A stretch of DNA of 64,000 nt from Prevotella sp. (GTDB taxonomy: Bacteria; Bacteroidota; Bacteroidia; Bacteroidales; Bacteroidaceae), in NCBI GenBank assembly GCA_017471245.1, contig JAFUVB010000064.1:49270-113269 (forward strand), in the 5' to 3' direction. Below the pieces are notes generated by a model. The model searched no databases. It saw only the letters and a program-made list of their open reading frames with translations, and was not told the DNA's origin. This document shows positions 1-9,382 of the stretch, one piece after another (within the stretch, counting starts at the first letter, position 1; each line of letters starts with the position of its first letter). A program made the translations under genes and the position numbers.

Positions 1-613
1 TAACGCGTTTCCAGAAAAAGCTGATTACGAATGTGGCACTGATGAGTATGGCGGAAAGATGCACGATGGCGAAGCACGTCATGTAAAAAGCACTGCCTGT
101 ACACTCCTCGCTCACTTCCTGATAAGCCGTGTTTCCAACAAACATACCTATCGAGGCAATGAGCGGTCTCACGAAATAGGCGGGCAGCGAGGATGCCGTG
201 CCGCTGGTGAAGAAACCGATATAGTAGAGCACGCAGCCGCTTACCAATGTGAGCACTGCCATGATGCGGAGTCCTCGGTGGCGGTAGTGGGCAAGGTGTT
301 TCTGCTTTCGGCTGAGGCGGCTGGCAGTGAAATGATATCCCAACCACAGCAGATACAGCAAGATAATGGTGAGTGAGCAGTAGAGCAGTGACTTTCTGAT
401 GTTGTTCATCTGCGATACTGCCACGATGGCATCGTTGGCTTTCTGGATGATTGCCACATCTTTAAACGTGCTGTCGGCAATCTGCACCATTTCGTTTTCT
501 GCCGTTTGTGCTGCTTCGGCATATTCCTTTCGCTCGCCCAAGGTGTTTCCTGCAGTCAGGGTGCATGCGGCTATCAGGCAGTATAACAGTAGATACAGTT
601 TCTTCATAATCAT
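1..613 (-). CDS. Multi-pass membrane protein with N-terminal signal peptide, partial (runs off the left edge; absent from the ORF track)
   Basis: Manual translation from ATG at 613 (or 607) gives MIMKKLYLLLYCLIAACTLTAGNT...SLLYCSLTIILLYLLWLGYHF...IMAVLTLVSGCVLYYIGFF...FAIVHLSAILISATFVISFFWKRV, open to base 1 with several hydrophobic segments. Confidence 0.8.
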   Translation of the reverse strand, partial: MIMKKLYLLLYCLIAACTLTAGNTLGERKEYAEAAQTAENEMVQIADSTFKDVAIIQKANDAIVAVSQMNNIRKSLLYCSLTIILLYLLWLGYHFTASRLSRKQKHLAHYRHRGLRIMAVLTLVSGCVLYYIGFFTSGTASSLPAYFVRPLIASIGMFVGNTAYQEVSEECTGSAFYMTCFAIVHLSAILISATFVISFFWKRV

Positions 614-683
614 GTACTTTCCTGTGCAAATATAGCGTATTTCGGCGGTATTACCAATTATTTTCCATACTTTTTTGTGCAAC

Positions 684-750
684 AACGGGTAAAGACAATA
701 TCCATTAACGGGTAAAGACAATAGCCATTCAGCGTGAACCAATAACCGTT
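684..750. repeat. 23-bp direct repeat (2 near-identical copies plus 1 degenerate) in a divergent promoter region
   Basis: aacgggtaaagacaatatccatt (684-706), aacgggtaaagacaatagccatt (707-729), degenerate copy to about 750. Confidence 0.75.
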
Positions 751-862
751 AATCGTTTTTCTTTCATTTCTTTTATTGGTGAGCATTGCTCTATTTATAA
801 ATAATGTGTATCTCACTGCTGAAGAAAAAATGGAAGAAAAATCAAAAATAATAACAAAAAAG

Positions 863-893
863 TTTGTCAGGTTGCAGAAAATGTGTAAATTTG
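863..893 (+). promoter_or_regulatory. Bacteroidota housekeeping-sigma promoter of the trp operon
   Basis: TTTG at 863-866 and TAAATTTG at 886-893, spaced by 19 nt; matches the TTTG/TAnnTTTG consensus. Confidence 0.75.
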
Positions 894-921
894 CAACCGA
901 TAATCAAAAATAAAGAATAAA

Positions 922-981
922 ATGACAGTTAATGTATTCACAGCATGGTGGTGGCGCTACTCAAGATTCAACAAGTCGTGA
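922..981 (+). CDS. trpL: trp operon leader peptide MTVNVFTAWWWRYSRFNKS
   Basis: 19-codon ORF with three consecutive TGG codons (946-954), lying between the promoter and a terminator upstream of trpD. Confidence 0.9.
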   Translation: MTVNVFTAWWWRYSRFNKS

Positions 982-1017
982 GCAACGTAGCCGTGTGGAT
1001 ATTAGCATAAAAGCATA

Positions 1018-1053
1018 AAGGCCTGCCGTTCTTACGACAGGTCTTTTTTCTTT
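1018..1053 (+). terminator. Attenuator terminator of the trp leader
   Basis: Stem aaggcctgccgt / acgacaggtctt with a tctt loop, followed by a T-run, upstream of the trpD start. Confidence 0.85.
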
Positions 1054-1115
1054 ATTACGATTCCGTTATTGAGGATAAAAGAAATCAAGACAATACACAA
1101 TAAAAACAGAAAAAG

Positions 1116-2120
1116 ATGGAAATGAAAGAAATTCTCAACAGAATGTTGAATCACGAGGAACTGACACGTGAGGAAACGAAGAACATCTTGGTGGGCATTA
1201 CCAAGAGCGAATTCCCCAATGAGCAGATCACTGCCTTGCTCACAGCACTGCAAATGCGCGGCATAACGGTGGACGAGCTGCTCGGCTTTCGCGATGGAAT
1301 ATTAGAAACAGGTGTGAAAGCCGCGCTTGATTGCGACCGTTATATCGATGTGGTGGGTACCGGGGGCGACCGCAAGAATACGTTCAACATCTCTACCACC
1401 AGCTGTTTCGTGATTGCAGGAGCAGGCTACAAGGTGGCCAAGCACGGCAACTACGCCGCTACATCCACCAGCGGAGCATCGAATGTGATAGCCCACCACG
1501 GCATCAAATTCACCGACGACATCGACAAACTGAACCGCAGCATCAACGAATGCGGTATCGTTTATCTTCACGCACAGTTGTTTGCCAAGGCGATGAAGTT
1601 CGTAGGTCCCATCCGCAAGGCACTTCAGTTCCCCACATGCTTCAATCTTCTCGGTCCGATAGTGAATCCTTCACAGCCGCAGTGCCAGTTATTGGGCGTT
1701 GCCAACCTTGATCAGATGCGCCTATATAATAATGTGTATCAGAAAATAGGCATCGATTACGGAATCGTGAACAGCATCGATGGCTACGACGAAATCTCGC
1801 TGACAGGTGATTTCAAGGTAACAACCAATCAATATGAGCGTGTTTTCAAACCCTCCGATCTCGGTTTCGAGATTGCCAAACCAGAGGAGCTTGTTGCCGG
1901 TGCCACCGAAGACGAGGCAGCAAAGATATTCGACAGCGTGCTCGAAAACCGCTGCCTGCCGGCGCAGAAGAACATTGTGCTTGCCAATGCAGCCTTTGGA
2001 ATCCAGGTGATGGAGAAGGGAACGAAAAGCATTGAAGAATGTGTGGAGATCGCCCGTGAGAGTATCGACAGCGGCAGTGCACTGCACACCTTCCGCAAAT
2101 TCGTGGAGCTGAACAGCTGA
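1116..2120 (+). CDS. trpD: Anthranilate phosphoribosyltransferase
   Basis: DVVGTGGDRKNTFNISTT, KVAKHGN and DGYDEIS motifs. Confidence 0.97.
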   Translation: MEMKEILNRMLNHEELTREETKNILVGITKSEFPNEQITALLTALQMRGITVDELLGFRDGILETGVKAALDCDRYIDVVGTGGDRKNTFNISTTSCFVIAGAGYKVAKHGNYAATSTSGASNVIAHHGIKFTDDIDKLNRSINECGIVYLHAQLFAKAMKFVGPIRKALQFPTCFNLLGPIVNPSQPQCQLLGVANLDQMRLYNNVYQKIGIDYGIVNSIDGYDEISLTGDFKVTTNQYERVFKPSDLGFEIAKPEELVAGATEDEAAKIFDSVLENRCLPAQKNIVLANAAFGIQVMEKGTKSIEECVEIARESIDSGSALHTFRKFVELNS

Positions 2121-2162
2121 TCAATATGTCGTTTTTTTCACAGGAAACAAAATAAAATAAGG

Positions 2163-2960
2163 ATGAAAGACGTTTTAGAAGAAATCATCGCATGGAAACG
2201 TGAGGAAGTGATGCGTTTCAAGGAGGTGATGCCCGAGAAGACGCTACGCGTGAGAGTTGACGAGCTGATGCAGGAAGATGCCTTCGTTCCGTCAATGCGG
2301 CAGGCATTGATGTCATCGCCCACAGGAATCATCGCGGAGTTCAAACGGAAGTCACCCTCAAAAGGATGGATCAAGCAAGACGGTAGTGCTGAGCTGATAC
2401 CGCTTTCATACCAGCAAAACGGGGCTTCAGCACTGAGCATCCTCACCGATGAGCACTTCTTCGGCGGCAGCGACCGCTATGTGGTGGCAGCGAGAAAGAG
2501 TGGAGTGGTGCTGCCAGTGCTGTATAAGAATTTCATCATCGACGAATATCAGGTGTTCCAGGCACGCCTTTGCGGTGCATCGGCTGTGTTGCTCATTGCC
2601 GCCGATCTGCAGAAGAGCGAGTGCAAACGTCTCATCGAGACGGCGCATGGCATCGGTTTGGAGGTGCTTTTGGAGATGCACAGCGAGGAAGAACTGGAAT
2701 ATGCAGAACTGGAACCCGACATGTGCGGCATCAACAACCGCAATCTCGGCACGTTTGTCACCGATGTCGCCAACTCATTCCGGCTGTCGGAGCAGTTGCC
2801 AAAGGATGTCTGCAAGGTGAGCGAGAGTGGCATCTCGTCGCCGGAGGTGGTGAAACAGCTGCGCGAGGCAGGCTTTCAGGGATTCCTCATTGGTGAGAAC
2901 TTCATGAAAACCGATGATCCGGGCGGTTCGCTGCGTGATTTCATTGAATCGATTTTGTAA
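2163..2960 (+). CDS. trpC: Indole-3-glycerol phosphate synthase
   Basis: IIAEFKRKSPSKG, SILTDEHFF, GINNRNL and VSESGI motifs. Confidence 0.97.
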   Translation: MKDVLEEIIAWKREEVMRFKEVMPEKTLRVRVDELMQEDAFVPSMRQALMSSPTGIIAEFKRKSPSKGWIKQDGSAELIPLSYQQNGASALSILTDEHFFGGSDRYVVAARKSGVVLPVLYKNFIIDEYQVFQARLCGASAVLLIAADLQKSECKRLIETAHGIGLEVLLEMHSEEELEYAELEPDMCGINNRNLGTFVTDVANSFRLSEQLPKDVCKVSESGISSPEVVKQLREAGFQGFLIGENFMKTDDPGGSLRDFIESIL

Positions 2961-2974
2961 AAATTAATGACGAT

Positions 2975-3673
2975 ATGATAATAAAGGTATGTGGTTTGCG
3001 CGAGCCTGAGAACATTCGCGCGGTAGTTTCCCTGAATGTGGATATGATTGGTTTAATATTCTGGCCTCAGAGTAGTCGTTACGTGCAGATGATTTCTTCG
3101 CGTGCTGGTATTATTCCCGATTATTCGCAAGACCGTTTACACAAGCTCGAAAATGCAAATGCCGAGGCTGTTCCCTTACGTACTCCCAGCCGTGTGGGGG
3201 TGTTTGTAGATGACATGCCGCAGAATATAGTGACCCGCGTTTATAATTACAGTCTTGACTATGTACAGTTGCACGGTGAAGAATCGCCCGTGATGATTGA
3301 TAATCTGCGCAGAACCATTGATCCGGATATTCATCCCAATCTGAAGATTATCAAAACGTTAAGCATAAATACTAAAGAAGATGTTTTGAGCTGGCATGCC
3401 TATGAAGGGTGTGTGGATATGTTTCTCTTCGACACGAAGTGCGACTCCCTTGGCGGAAGCGGCAAGAAGTTCAACTGGAGTCTGTTAGAGGCATACGACG
3501 GAAACATACCTTTCCTCTTGAGCGGAGGCATCGGTCGCGATGATGTTGATGACATAAAGTCGTTCAGTCATCCGCAATTTGCAGGCATCGACCTGAACAG
3601 TTGCTTTGAAACATCTCCCGCAGTGAAGGATATTGATAAGCTGAAGTCGTTTATCCAAGCTGTCAGACAGTGA
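2975..3673 (+). CDS. trpF: Phosphoribosylanthranilate isomerase
   Basis: IKVCGL, VGVFV, VQLHGEE, FLFDT, GGSGKKFNW and LLSGG motifs. Confidence 0.95.
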   Translation: MIIKVCGLREPENIRAVVSLNVDMIGLIFWPQSSRYVQMISSRAGIIPDYSQDRLHKLENANAEAVPLRTPSRVGVFVDDMPQNIVTRVYNYSLDYVQLHGEESPVMIDNLRRTIDPDIHPNLKIIKTLSINTKEDVLSWHAYEGCVDMFLFDTKCDSLGGSGKKFNWSLLEAYDGNIPFLLSGGIGRDDVDDIKSFSHPQFAGIDLNSCFETSPAVKDIDKLKSFIQAVRQ

Positions 3674-3755
3674 GCATAACCAAATAACGATCAGGTGTTT
3701 GGTGCGATATTCAGCAACATGTATCATGACATTGTAAAAATTTTAGATATTTTTT

Positions 3756-4550
3756 ATGCAGACTCAAAATAGAATTAACCAATTGTTTTCAGAACAACGC
3801 GAAACGGGGCGCAAGCTGTTGTCGCTGTATTTCTGTGCCGGTTGTCCCTCACTCGATGGTACGGCACATGTCATCACGACTCTTCAACGGCGCGGAATCG
3901 ATATGATTGAAGTAGGAATACCCTTCAGCGACCCGCTTGCCGACGGTCCTGTCATTCAGAGTGCAGGAACTGTTGCATTGAAAAACGGCATGACACTCGC
4001 CACGCTTTTTGCGCAGTTGCGCGCCATCAAGGATGAGGTGAAGATTCCTTTGGTGATGATGGGTTATCTGAACGTCATCATGCACTACGGCATCGAGCAG
4101 TTTTGCAAGAGTTGTGTTGACAGCGGCGTGTCGGGAATGATTATCCCCGACCTGCCATTTGCCGATTATTTGAAGGAGGTGAAGCCCGTTGCCGACAGAT
4201 ACGACCTGCGTGTGATCATGATGATTACTCCCGAAACGAGCGAGGAGCGCATCCGTTTCATCGACGAACACACCGATGGGTTCATCTATATGGTGAGCTC
4301 CGCCAGCATCACCGGTGCTCAAAAGAGTTTCGACGATGCCAAGCAAGCCTATTTCCGTCACATCAACGGCATGCAATTAAGGAATCCGCGCATGATAGGA
4401 TTCGGCATCAGCAACAGGCAGACCTTGGAGAGTGCGCAGCAGAATGCCGCCGGTGCCATTGTCGGGTCTAAGTTTGTCACCTTGCTGAACGAAGCCGGCG
4501 GCGACGCAGATGTGGCAATGGATCGCCTATACGAGGCTTTGGAGAGATAG
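3756..4550 (+). CDS. trpA: Tryptophan synthase alpha chain
   Basis: IEVGIPFSDPLADGPVIQ, IIPDLP, GFGIS and GAIVGS motifs. Confidence 0.97.
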   Translation: MQTQNRINQLFSEQRETGRKLLSLYFCAGCPSLDGTAHVITTLQRRGIDMIEVGIPFSDPLADGPVIQSAGTVALKNGMTLATLFAQLRAIKDEVKIPLVMMGYLNVIMHYGIEQFCKSCVDSGVSGMIIPDLPFADYLKEVKPVADRYDLRVIMMITPETSEERIRFIDEHTDGFIYMVSSASITGAQKSFDDAKQAYFRHINGMQLRNPRMIGFGISNRQTLESAQQNAAGAIVGSKFVTLLNEAGGDADVAMDRLYEALER

Positions 4551-4595
4551 AGACAGCACTTCGTGCGTGAACAATAATCAGAAAAACAACCGACA

Positions 4596-5009
4596 ATGAC
4601 ACTGAAAGATTTCTTAAACAACGGCGATGTGTTCGCCAAAAACAGCGGTGCGCGCATCGTGGAGATAAGAGAAGGCTATGCAAGGGCTGAGATGACCGTC
4701 ACCAAAGAGCATCTCAATGCCGGCGGGGTGTGCCAAGGCGGTGCCTTGTTCACATTGGCTGACCTCGTTTTTGCTGCCATTTCCAACAGCCGTGGCAAGC
4801 TAACTTTCGGTCTGGAGAATACCATCACGTTCCTGCATAGTGCCTTCGTGGGTGACCAACTGACAGCCGAAGCCACCGAAACACTGAACCATCACAAGAT
4901 TCCATATTGCGAGATCAAGGTGAAAAACCAGCATGGCGACCTCGTATGCAGCATGACCGGCATTGCCTATCGCAAGGAGATTCCTACGGAATTGGATGGT
5001 CTGGAATGA
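4596..5009 (+). CDS. PaaI-family (hotdog-fold) thioesterase
   Basis: HLNAGGVCQGGALFTLADLVFA motif; 137 aa. Confidence 0.88.
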   Translation: MTLKDFLNNGDVFAKNSGARIVEIREGYARAEMTVTKEHLNAGGVCQGGALFTLADLVFAAISNSRGKLTFGLENTITFLHSAFVGDQLTAEATETLNHHKIPYCEIKVKNQHGDLVCSMTGIAYRKEIPTELDGLE

Positions 5010-5087
5010 CCGTAAGGGTGGCGTGATGTGCCGCTCAGTATGGAGAGATTAAATGATAATGATAATAACGTAATTAAATTTGTATAT

Positions 5088-6275
5088 ATGAAAGAGAGCT
5101 TTCTGGTTGACGAAAATGGCTTTTACGGTGAATTCGGAGGGGCCTACGTGCCTGAGATATTATATAAATGTGTGGAAGACCTGCGCCAGGCATATCTTCC
5201 CATCATCGAAAGCGAGGATTTCAAAAAGGAATACCATCTTTTGCTGCGCGATTATGTGGGGCGGCCGTCGCCGTTGTATTACGCCCGGCGCATGAGTGAG
5301 AAGTATGGCTGCCGCCTATATCTGAAAAGGGAAGACCTGAACCACACTGGCGCACATAAGATAAACAATACCATCGGTCAGATTCTTATGGCGAAGAAGA
5401 TGGGGAAGACACGTATCATCGCCGAAACAGGTGCCGGACAGCACGGAGTAGCCACTGCAACGGTTTGCGCATTGATGAATATGCAGTGCGAAGTGTTCAT
5501 GGGAGCCACCGATGTGGCACGTCAGCATACCAATGTAGAGCGGATGAAGATGCTCGGTGCTACGGTGCATCCCGTGCGCACGGGCAATATGACACTCAGC
5601 GATGCCTGTTCCGAGGCGATTCGCGACTGGTGTTGCCATCCGAAGGATACCTTCTACATCGTGGGATCCACCATGGGGCCGCATCCTTACCCGGATATCG
5701 TGGCGCGTATGCAGAGCATTATCTCTGAGGAAATCAGATGGCAGCTGCAGGAAAAGGAGGGGCGCGACTATCCTGACTACCTGATGGCATGCATCGGAGG
5801 CGGCAGCAACGCCGCAGGAACCATCTATCACTATATAAATGATGAGCGTGTGAAAATCGTTCTTGCCGAAGCAGGAGGTGCGGGGATAGATACCGACCGC
5901 ACGGCAGCAACGATTCACCGAGGAACAGTTGGCATCCTGCATGGTTCGAAGATGCTGGTGATGCAGACAGAAGACGGTCAGATAGAAGAGGCTTACAGCA
6001 TTTCGGCTGGTCTCGACTATCCCGGTGTGGGACCCATGCACTGTAATATGGCAGTGAAAGAGCGCAGTAAGGTGCTCGCCATCAACGATGATGAGGCTAT
6101 AAAGGCAGGCTATGAGCTCACCCGTATGGAGGGAATCATTCCGGCAATCGAGAGTGCGCATGCCGTTGCTGCCCTTAGCAAACTGACTTTCAAGCCTGAT
6201 GACGTGGTCGTACTTACCGTCAGCGGTCGCGGCGACAAGGATATCGAGACCTATCTGAACAACAAACCCGAATGA
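5088..6275 (+). CDS. trpB: Tryptophan synthase beta chain (start refined to MKESFLVDENG; ORF track gives 5028)
   Basis: LKREDLNHTGAHKINN, AETGAGQHG, GGGSNA and SAGLDYPGVGP motifs. Confidence 0.97.
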   Translation: MKESFLVDENGFYGEFGGAYVPEILYKCVEDLRQAYLPIIESEDFKKEYHLLLRDYVGRPSPLYYARRMSEKYGCRLYLKREDLNHTGAHKINNTIGQILMAKKMGKTRIIAETGAGQHGVATATVCALMNMQCEVFMGATDVARQHTNVERMKMLGATVHPVRTGNMTLSDACSEAIRDWCCHPKDTFYIVGSTMGPHPYPDIVARMQSIISEEIRWQLQEKEGRDYPDYLMACIGGGSNAAGTIYHYINDERVKIVLAEAGGAGIDTDRTAATIHRGTVGILHGSKMLVMQTEDGQIEEAYSISAGLDYPGVGPMHCNMAVKERSKVLAINDDEAIKAGYELTRMEGIIPAIESAHAVAALSKLTFKPDDVVVLTVSGRGDKDIETYLNNKPE

Positions 6276-7729
6276 AAGATATGATTTTCAAGTATACCAC
6301 ATGCAGCAAGTCGCTCCTTGGCGACCTTCACACACCCGTGGGTGTTTATATGCAGTTGCGCGATCTCTATCCGCAGAGCGCGCTCATGGAGAGTTCCGAC
6401 TACCACGAATCCAGCAACAGCCGGTCGTTTATCGGCGTTGATCCGATGGCAAGCGTGGCTATCAGCCATGGTGAGAGCGTTGCCACGTTCCCGGATGGCA
6501 GCGTTGTAAGGCACAAAGTGAATGCTGCTTACCGCAGCGACCATGCCATCAACGACTTTCTCTCACGTTTCGAGGTCGAAGGTGATGATTCTTGTCATTG
6601 CGGACTCTATGGTTACACTTCGTTCAATGCCGTCAGGTATTTCGAAAACATCCCTGTGAAGGACGAGACGATGGAGAAGAATGATGCACCTGATATGTAT
6701 TACATACTCTATCGTACCGTCATCGTGTTCGATCACCACAACAGCAAGATGAAAATCGTGAGTCTTTGCACTGCCGATGAGGAGGGGCTGCAGACAGGCA
6801 ACGGCCGTATTGATGCCATCTACAAGGCAATGAACAGGTCAAATGCTCACACTTATGGCTTCCATCCGGTAGGTGATACCACGTCATCGCTCACCGATGA
6901 GCAGCACAAGGCAAATATCCGAAAGGGTATACAGCACTGCAAGCGCGGCGATGTGTTCCAGATTGTGCTCTCGCGGCGGTTCATCCAGCGGTTCGAAGGA
7001 GATGATTTCAAGCTCTATCGCGCCCTCCGCAGCATCAATCCCTCACCTTATCTGTTCTATTTCGACTTTGGAGGATTCCGCATATTCGGCTCTTCGCCCG
7101 AGACCCACTGCCGTATCGTGAAGGAAGAACATGGCGACGGCGATGGCAAAGCACTGTTCAAGGCATATATCGATCCCATTGCAGGAACCACGCGGCGTAC
7201 TGGTGATGCCGCAGAAGACAAGATCAACGCCGACTATCTGCGCAACGACCCGAAGGAAAACGCAGAGCATGTGATGCTCGTTGACCTTGCGCGCAACGAT
7301 CTTTCGCGCAACTGCCACCACGTGAAGGTGGATTTCTATAAAGATCTTCAGTATTACAGCCACGTGATACATCTCGTTTCACGCGTAAGTGGCATACTCG
7401 ACGAGGGGGCAGACCCCATCAAGGCTTTCATCGATACTTTTCCGGCAGGAACACTTTCGGGTGCTCCCAAGGTGCGAGCCATGCAGTTGATCTCTGAATA
7501 TGAGCCTCACAATCGTGGAGCCTACGGCGGTTGCATCGGCTATATCGGGTTTAACCGCTCGCTGAATCAGGCGATTACCATCCGCACTTTCGTCAGTCGC
7601 AACGGTGAATTATGGTTCCAGGCAGGTGGCGGAATCGTGGCAAAGAGCAACGAGGAGTATGAACTACAGGAGGTAAACAATAAATTGGGCGCTCTCCGCC
7701 GTGCCATCATGATGGCGGAAAACATGTAG
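6272..7729 (+). CDS. trpE: Anthranilate synthase component I
   Basis: GDVFQIVLS, NPSPY, PIAGT, KENAEHVMLVDLARND, FPAGTLSGAPK and QAGGGIV motifs; 4-nt overlap with trpB. Confidence 0.96.
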   Translation: MKDMIFKYTTCSKSLLGDLHTPVGVYMQLRDLYPQSALMESSDYHESSNSRSFIGVDPMASVAISHGESVATFPDGSVVRHKVNAAYRSDHAINDFLSRFEVEGDDSCHCGLYGYTSFNAVRYFENIPVKDETMEKNDAPDMYYILYRTVIVFDHHNSKMKIVSLCTADEEGLQTGNGRIDAIYKAMNRSNAHTYGFHPVGDTTSSLTDEQHKANIRKGIQHCKRGDVFQIVLSRRFIQRFEGDDFKLYRALRSINPSPYLFYFDFGGFRIFGSSPETHCRIVKEEHGDGDGKALFKAYIDPIAGTTRRTGDAAEDKINADYLRNDPKENAEHVMLVDLARNDLSRNCHHVKVDFYKDLQYYSHVIHLVSRVSGILDEGADPIKAFIDTFPAGTLSGAPKVRAMQLISEYEPHNRGAYGGCIGYIGFNRSLNQAITIRTFVSRNGELWFQAGGGIVAKSNEEYELQEVNNKLGALRRAIMMAENM

Positions 7730-7748
7730 AATAGGGAGGAAAAGTGAT

Positions 7749-8315
7749 ATGAAAACAGTAATCATCGACAATTACGACTCGTTCACATACAATCTTTCGC
7801 ACTTGCTGAAAGAGCTCGGTGCGGATGTAACGGTGTATCGTAACGACCAGTTTCAACTTTCGCAGCTTGAAGAATACGACAAAATCGTGCTCAGTCCAGG
7901 GCCGGGAATCCCGTCGGAAGCTGGTCTGTTGCTCGACGTGATCCGCACTTACGCCGGGCGAAAGCCCATCTTGGGTGTCTGCTTGGGTCATCAGGCCATC
8001 GGCGAAGTGTTCGGTGCGAAGCTTGAAAACCTGTCCGACGTGTTTCATGGAGTTGCGACAACAGGCACGCTGACCACACCTCTCGATCCCATTTTCTGCG
8101 GTTGCGATGAGCGGTTCACCATGGGACGCTATCACTCATGGGTGGTTTCAAGGCAGGATTTCCCCGATTGTTTGGAGGTAACAGCCGAGAGCGACGAAGG
8201 ACAGATCATGGCGCTGCGCCACAGAACGTATGATATACGCGGCATTCAGTTCCATCCTGAAAGCGTGCTCACCCCTGACGGGAGGCGAATTCTTGAAAAC
8301 TGGCTCCGTTTATGA
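7749..8315 (+). CDS. trpG: Anthranilate synthase component II (glutamine amidotransferase)
   Basis: IDNYDSFTYN, SPGPG, GVCLGHQ, RYHS and QFHPES motifs. Confidence 0.96.
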   Translation: MKTVIIDNYDSFTYNLSHLLKELGADVTVYRNDQFQLSQLEEYDKIVLSPGPGIPSEAGLLLDVIRTYAGRKPILGVCLGHQAIGEVFGAKLENLSDVFHGVATTGTLTTPLDPIFCGCDERFTMGRYHSWVVSRQDFPDCLEVTAESDEGQIMALRHRTYDIRGIQFHPESVLTPDGRRILENWLRL

Positions 8316-8399
8316 TGGTTATGTGAAAGAAAAATCGTAATTTTGCAGCGACAATGAGCACAAGGCATACTGCAATAAGCTATGTGCAAGGCAAATGAT

Positions 8400-8972
8400 A
8401 TGAAAAAACAATTACTCGTTTTCTGCCTGTTGGCAGTGTTTTCGCAGGGCGTTTCAGCCCAGTATAAGGAGTATCACGGCGACGGTCCCGATGATTGGCT
8501 GCGCCTGTTGCCCGTTTCTTCGGCATTCGTGCTGAAGGTTTGCGGCGTGGAAAGCAGCAGCAACTGGAAGTCGTTTATAGTGAGTGCCGGAGCATCAGGA
8601 CTGCTCACATGCGGTGTAACCTACGGACTGAAGCATGCCGTTCATGATATGCGTCCCGACGGAACCGACAATCATGCCTTCCCATCGGGACATGCTGCAG
8701 TGGCATTTGCCGGTGCTCACGTGCTGTGGAAGGAGTATCGGGGAACGTCGATATGGATTCCGGCGGCTGGTTACGCCGTGGCTGCAGCCACAGCCGTCGA
8801 CCGCGTGCACCGAAACCGCCATCATTGGGATGATGTAGTTGCCGGAGCAGCTATCGGTGTGGCATCAACCGAGCTTGGTTATTGGCTTTCTCACAAGCTG
8901 TTGCCGCAGAACGGTCAGTGCCAGATTGGTGTTTCCCCGGGCGGAGTGACACTTCTGTATACGCTTCATTGA
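8400..8972 (+). CDS. PAP2-family phosphatase with signal peptide (ORF track start 8382)
   Basis: KHAVHDMRP, FPSGH and RVHRNRHHWDDV motifs; own promoter TAATTTTG at 8338-8345. Confidence 0.88.
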   Translation: MKKQLLVFCLLAVFSQGVSAQYKEYHGDGPDDWLRLLPVSSAFVLKVCGVESSSNWKSFIVSAGASGLLTCGVTYGLKHAVHDMRPDGTDNHAFPSGHAAVAFAGAHVLWKEYRGTSIWIPAAGYAVAAATAVDRVHRNRHHWDDVVAGAAIGVASTELGYWLSHKLLPQNGQCQIGVSPGGVTLLYTLH

Positions 8973-8992
8973 GTCGGAATCACGATTTGAAG

Positions 8993-9382
8993 TCAGCTTT
9001 TGCGTGCTTTCAGATGCTTGAACACAAACCTGACAAGCAGGAAATTCACGGGAACAGCTATGCAATAGACCGGCAACGGCGCCCATTCCTTGCTGATTCC
9101 CATCCATAAGAAGAGGTTCAACAGCCCCATCTGCAGCAGATAGTTGCACAGATGCGCACCGGCAAAGCCTATTCCGTTGCCGGCAGTGGTCTTTTCTTTG
9201 AACGTGAAGCGAGCTGAAAGGAAGTAGTTAGCGATGAAACTGATGAGATAACCGATGGTATATGCCACGTTCTCGTTTATCAGGCGTTGCAAAAACCAGT
9301 ATATCGCATAGTGGATAGCCGTTGCCAGTACGCCAACAACGACAAAGCGAGCCATTTCTCCTATCTTTTTCTTCTCAATCAT
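8993..9382 (-). CDS. GtrA-family protein (start refined to MIEKKK; ORF track gives 9514)
   Basis: RFVVVGVLAT, AYTIGY...NYFLSARFTF and NFLLVRFVFK; four transmembrane segments. Confidence 0.9.
   Translation of the reverse strand: MIEKKKIGEMARFVVVGVLATAIHYAIYWFLQRLINENVAYTIGYLISFIANYFLSARFTFKEKTTAGNGIGFAGAHLCNYLLQMGLLNLFLWMGISKEWAPLPVYCIAVPVNFLLVRFVFKHLKARKS

Noticed and set aside
922-1053. T-box or TRAP-type regulation of the trp operon
   Set aside because: The leader is too short and lacks a T-box motif or (G/U)AG repeat series; the Trp-codon leader peptide explains the region.
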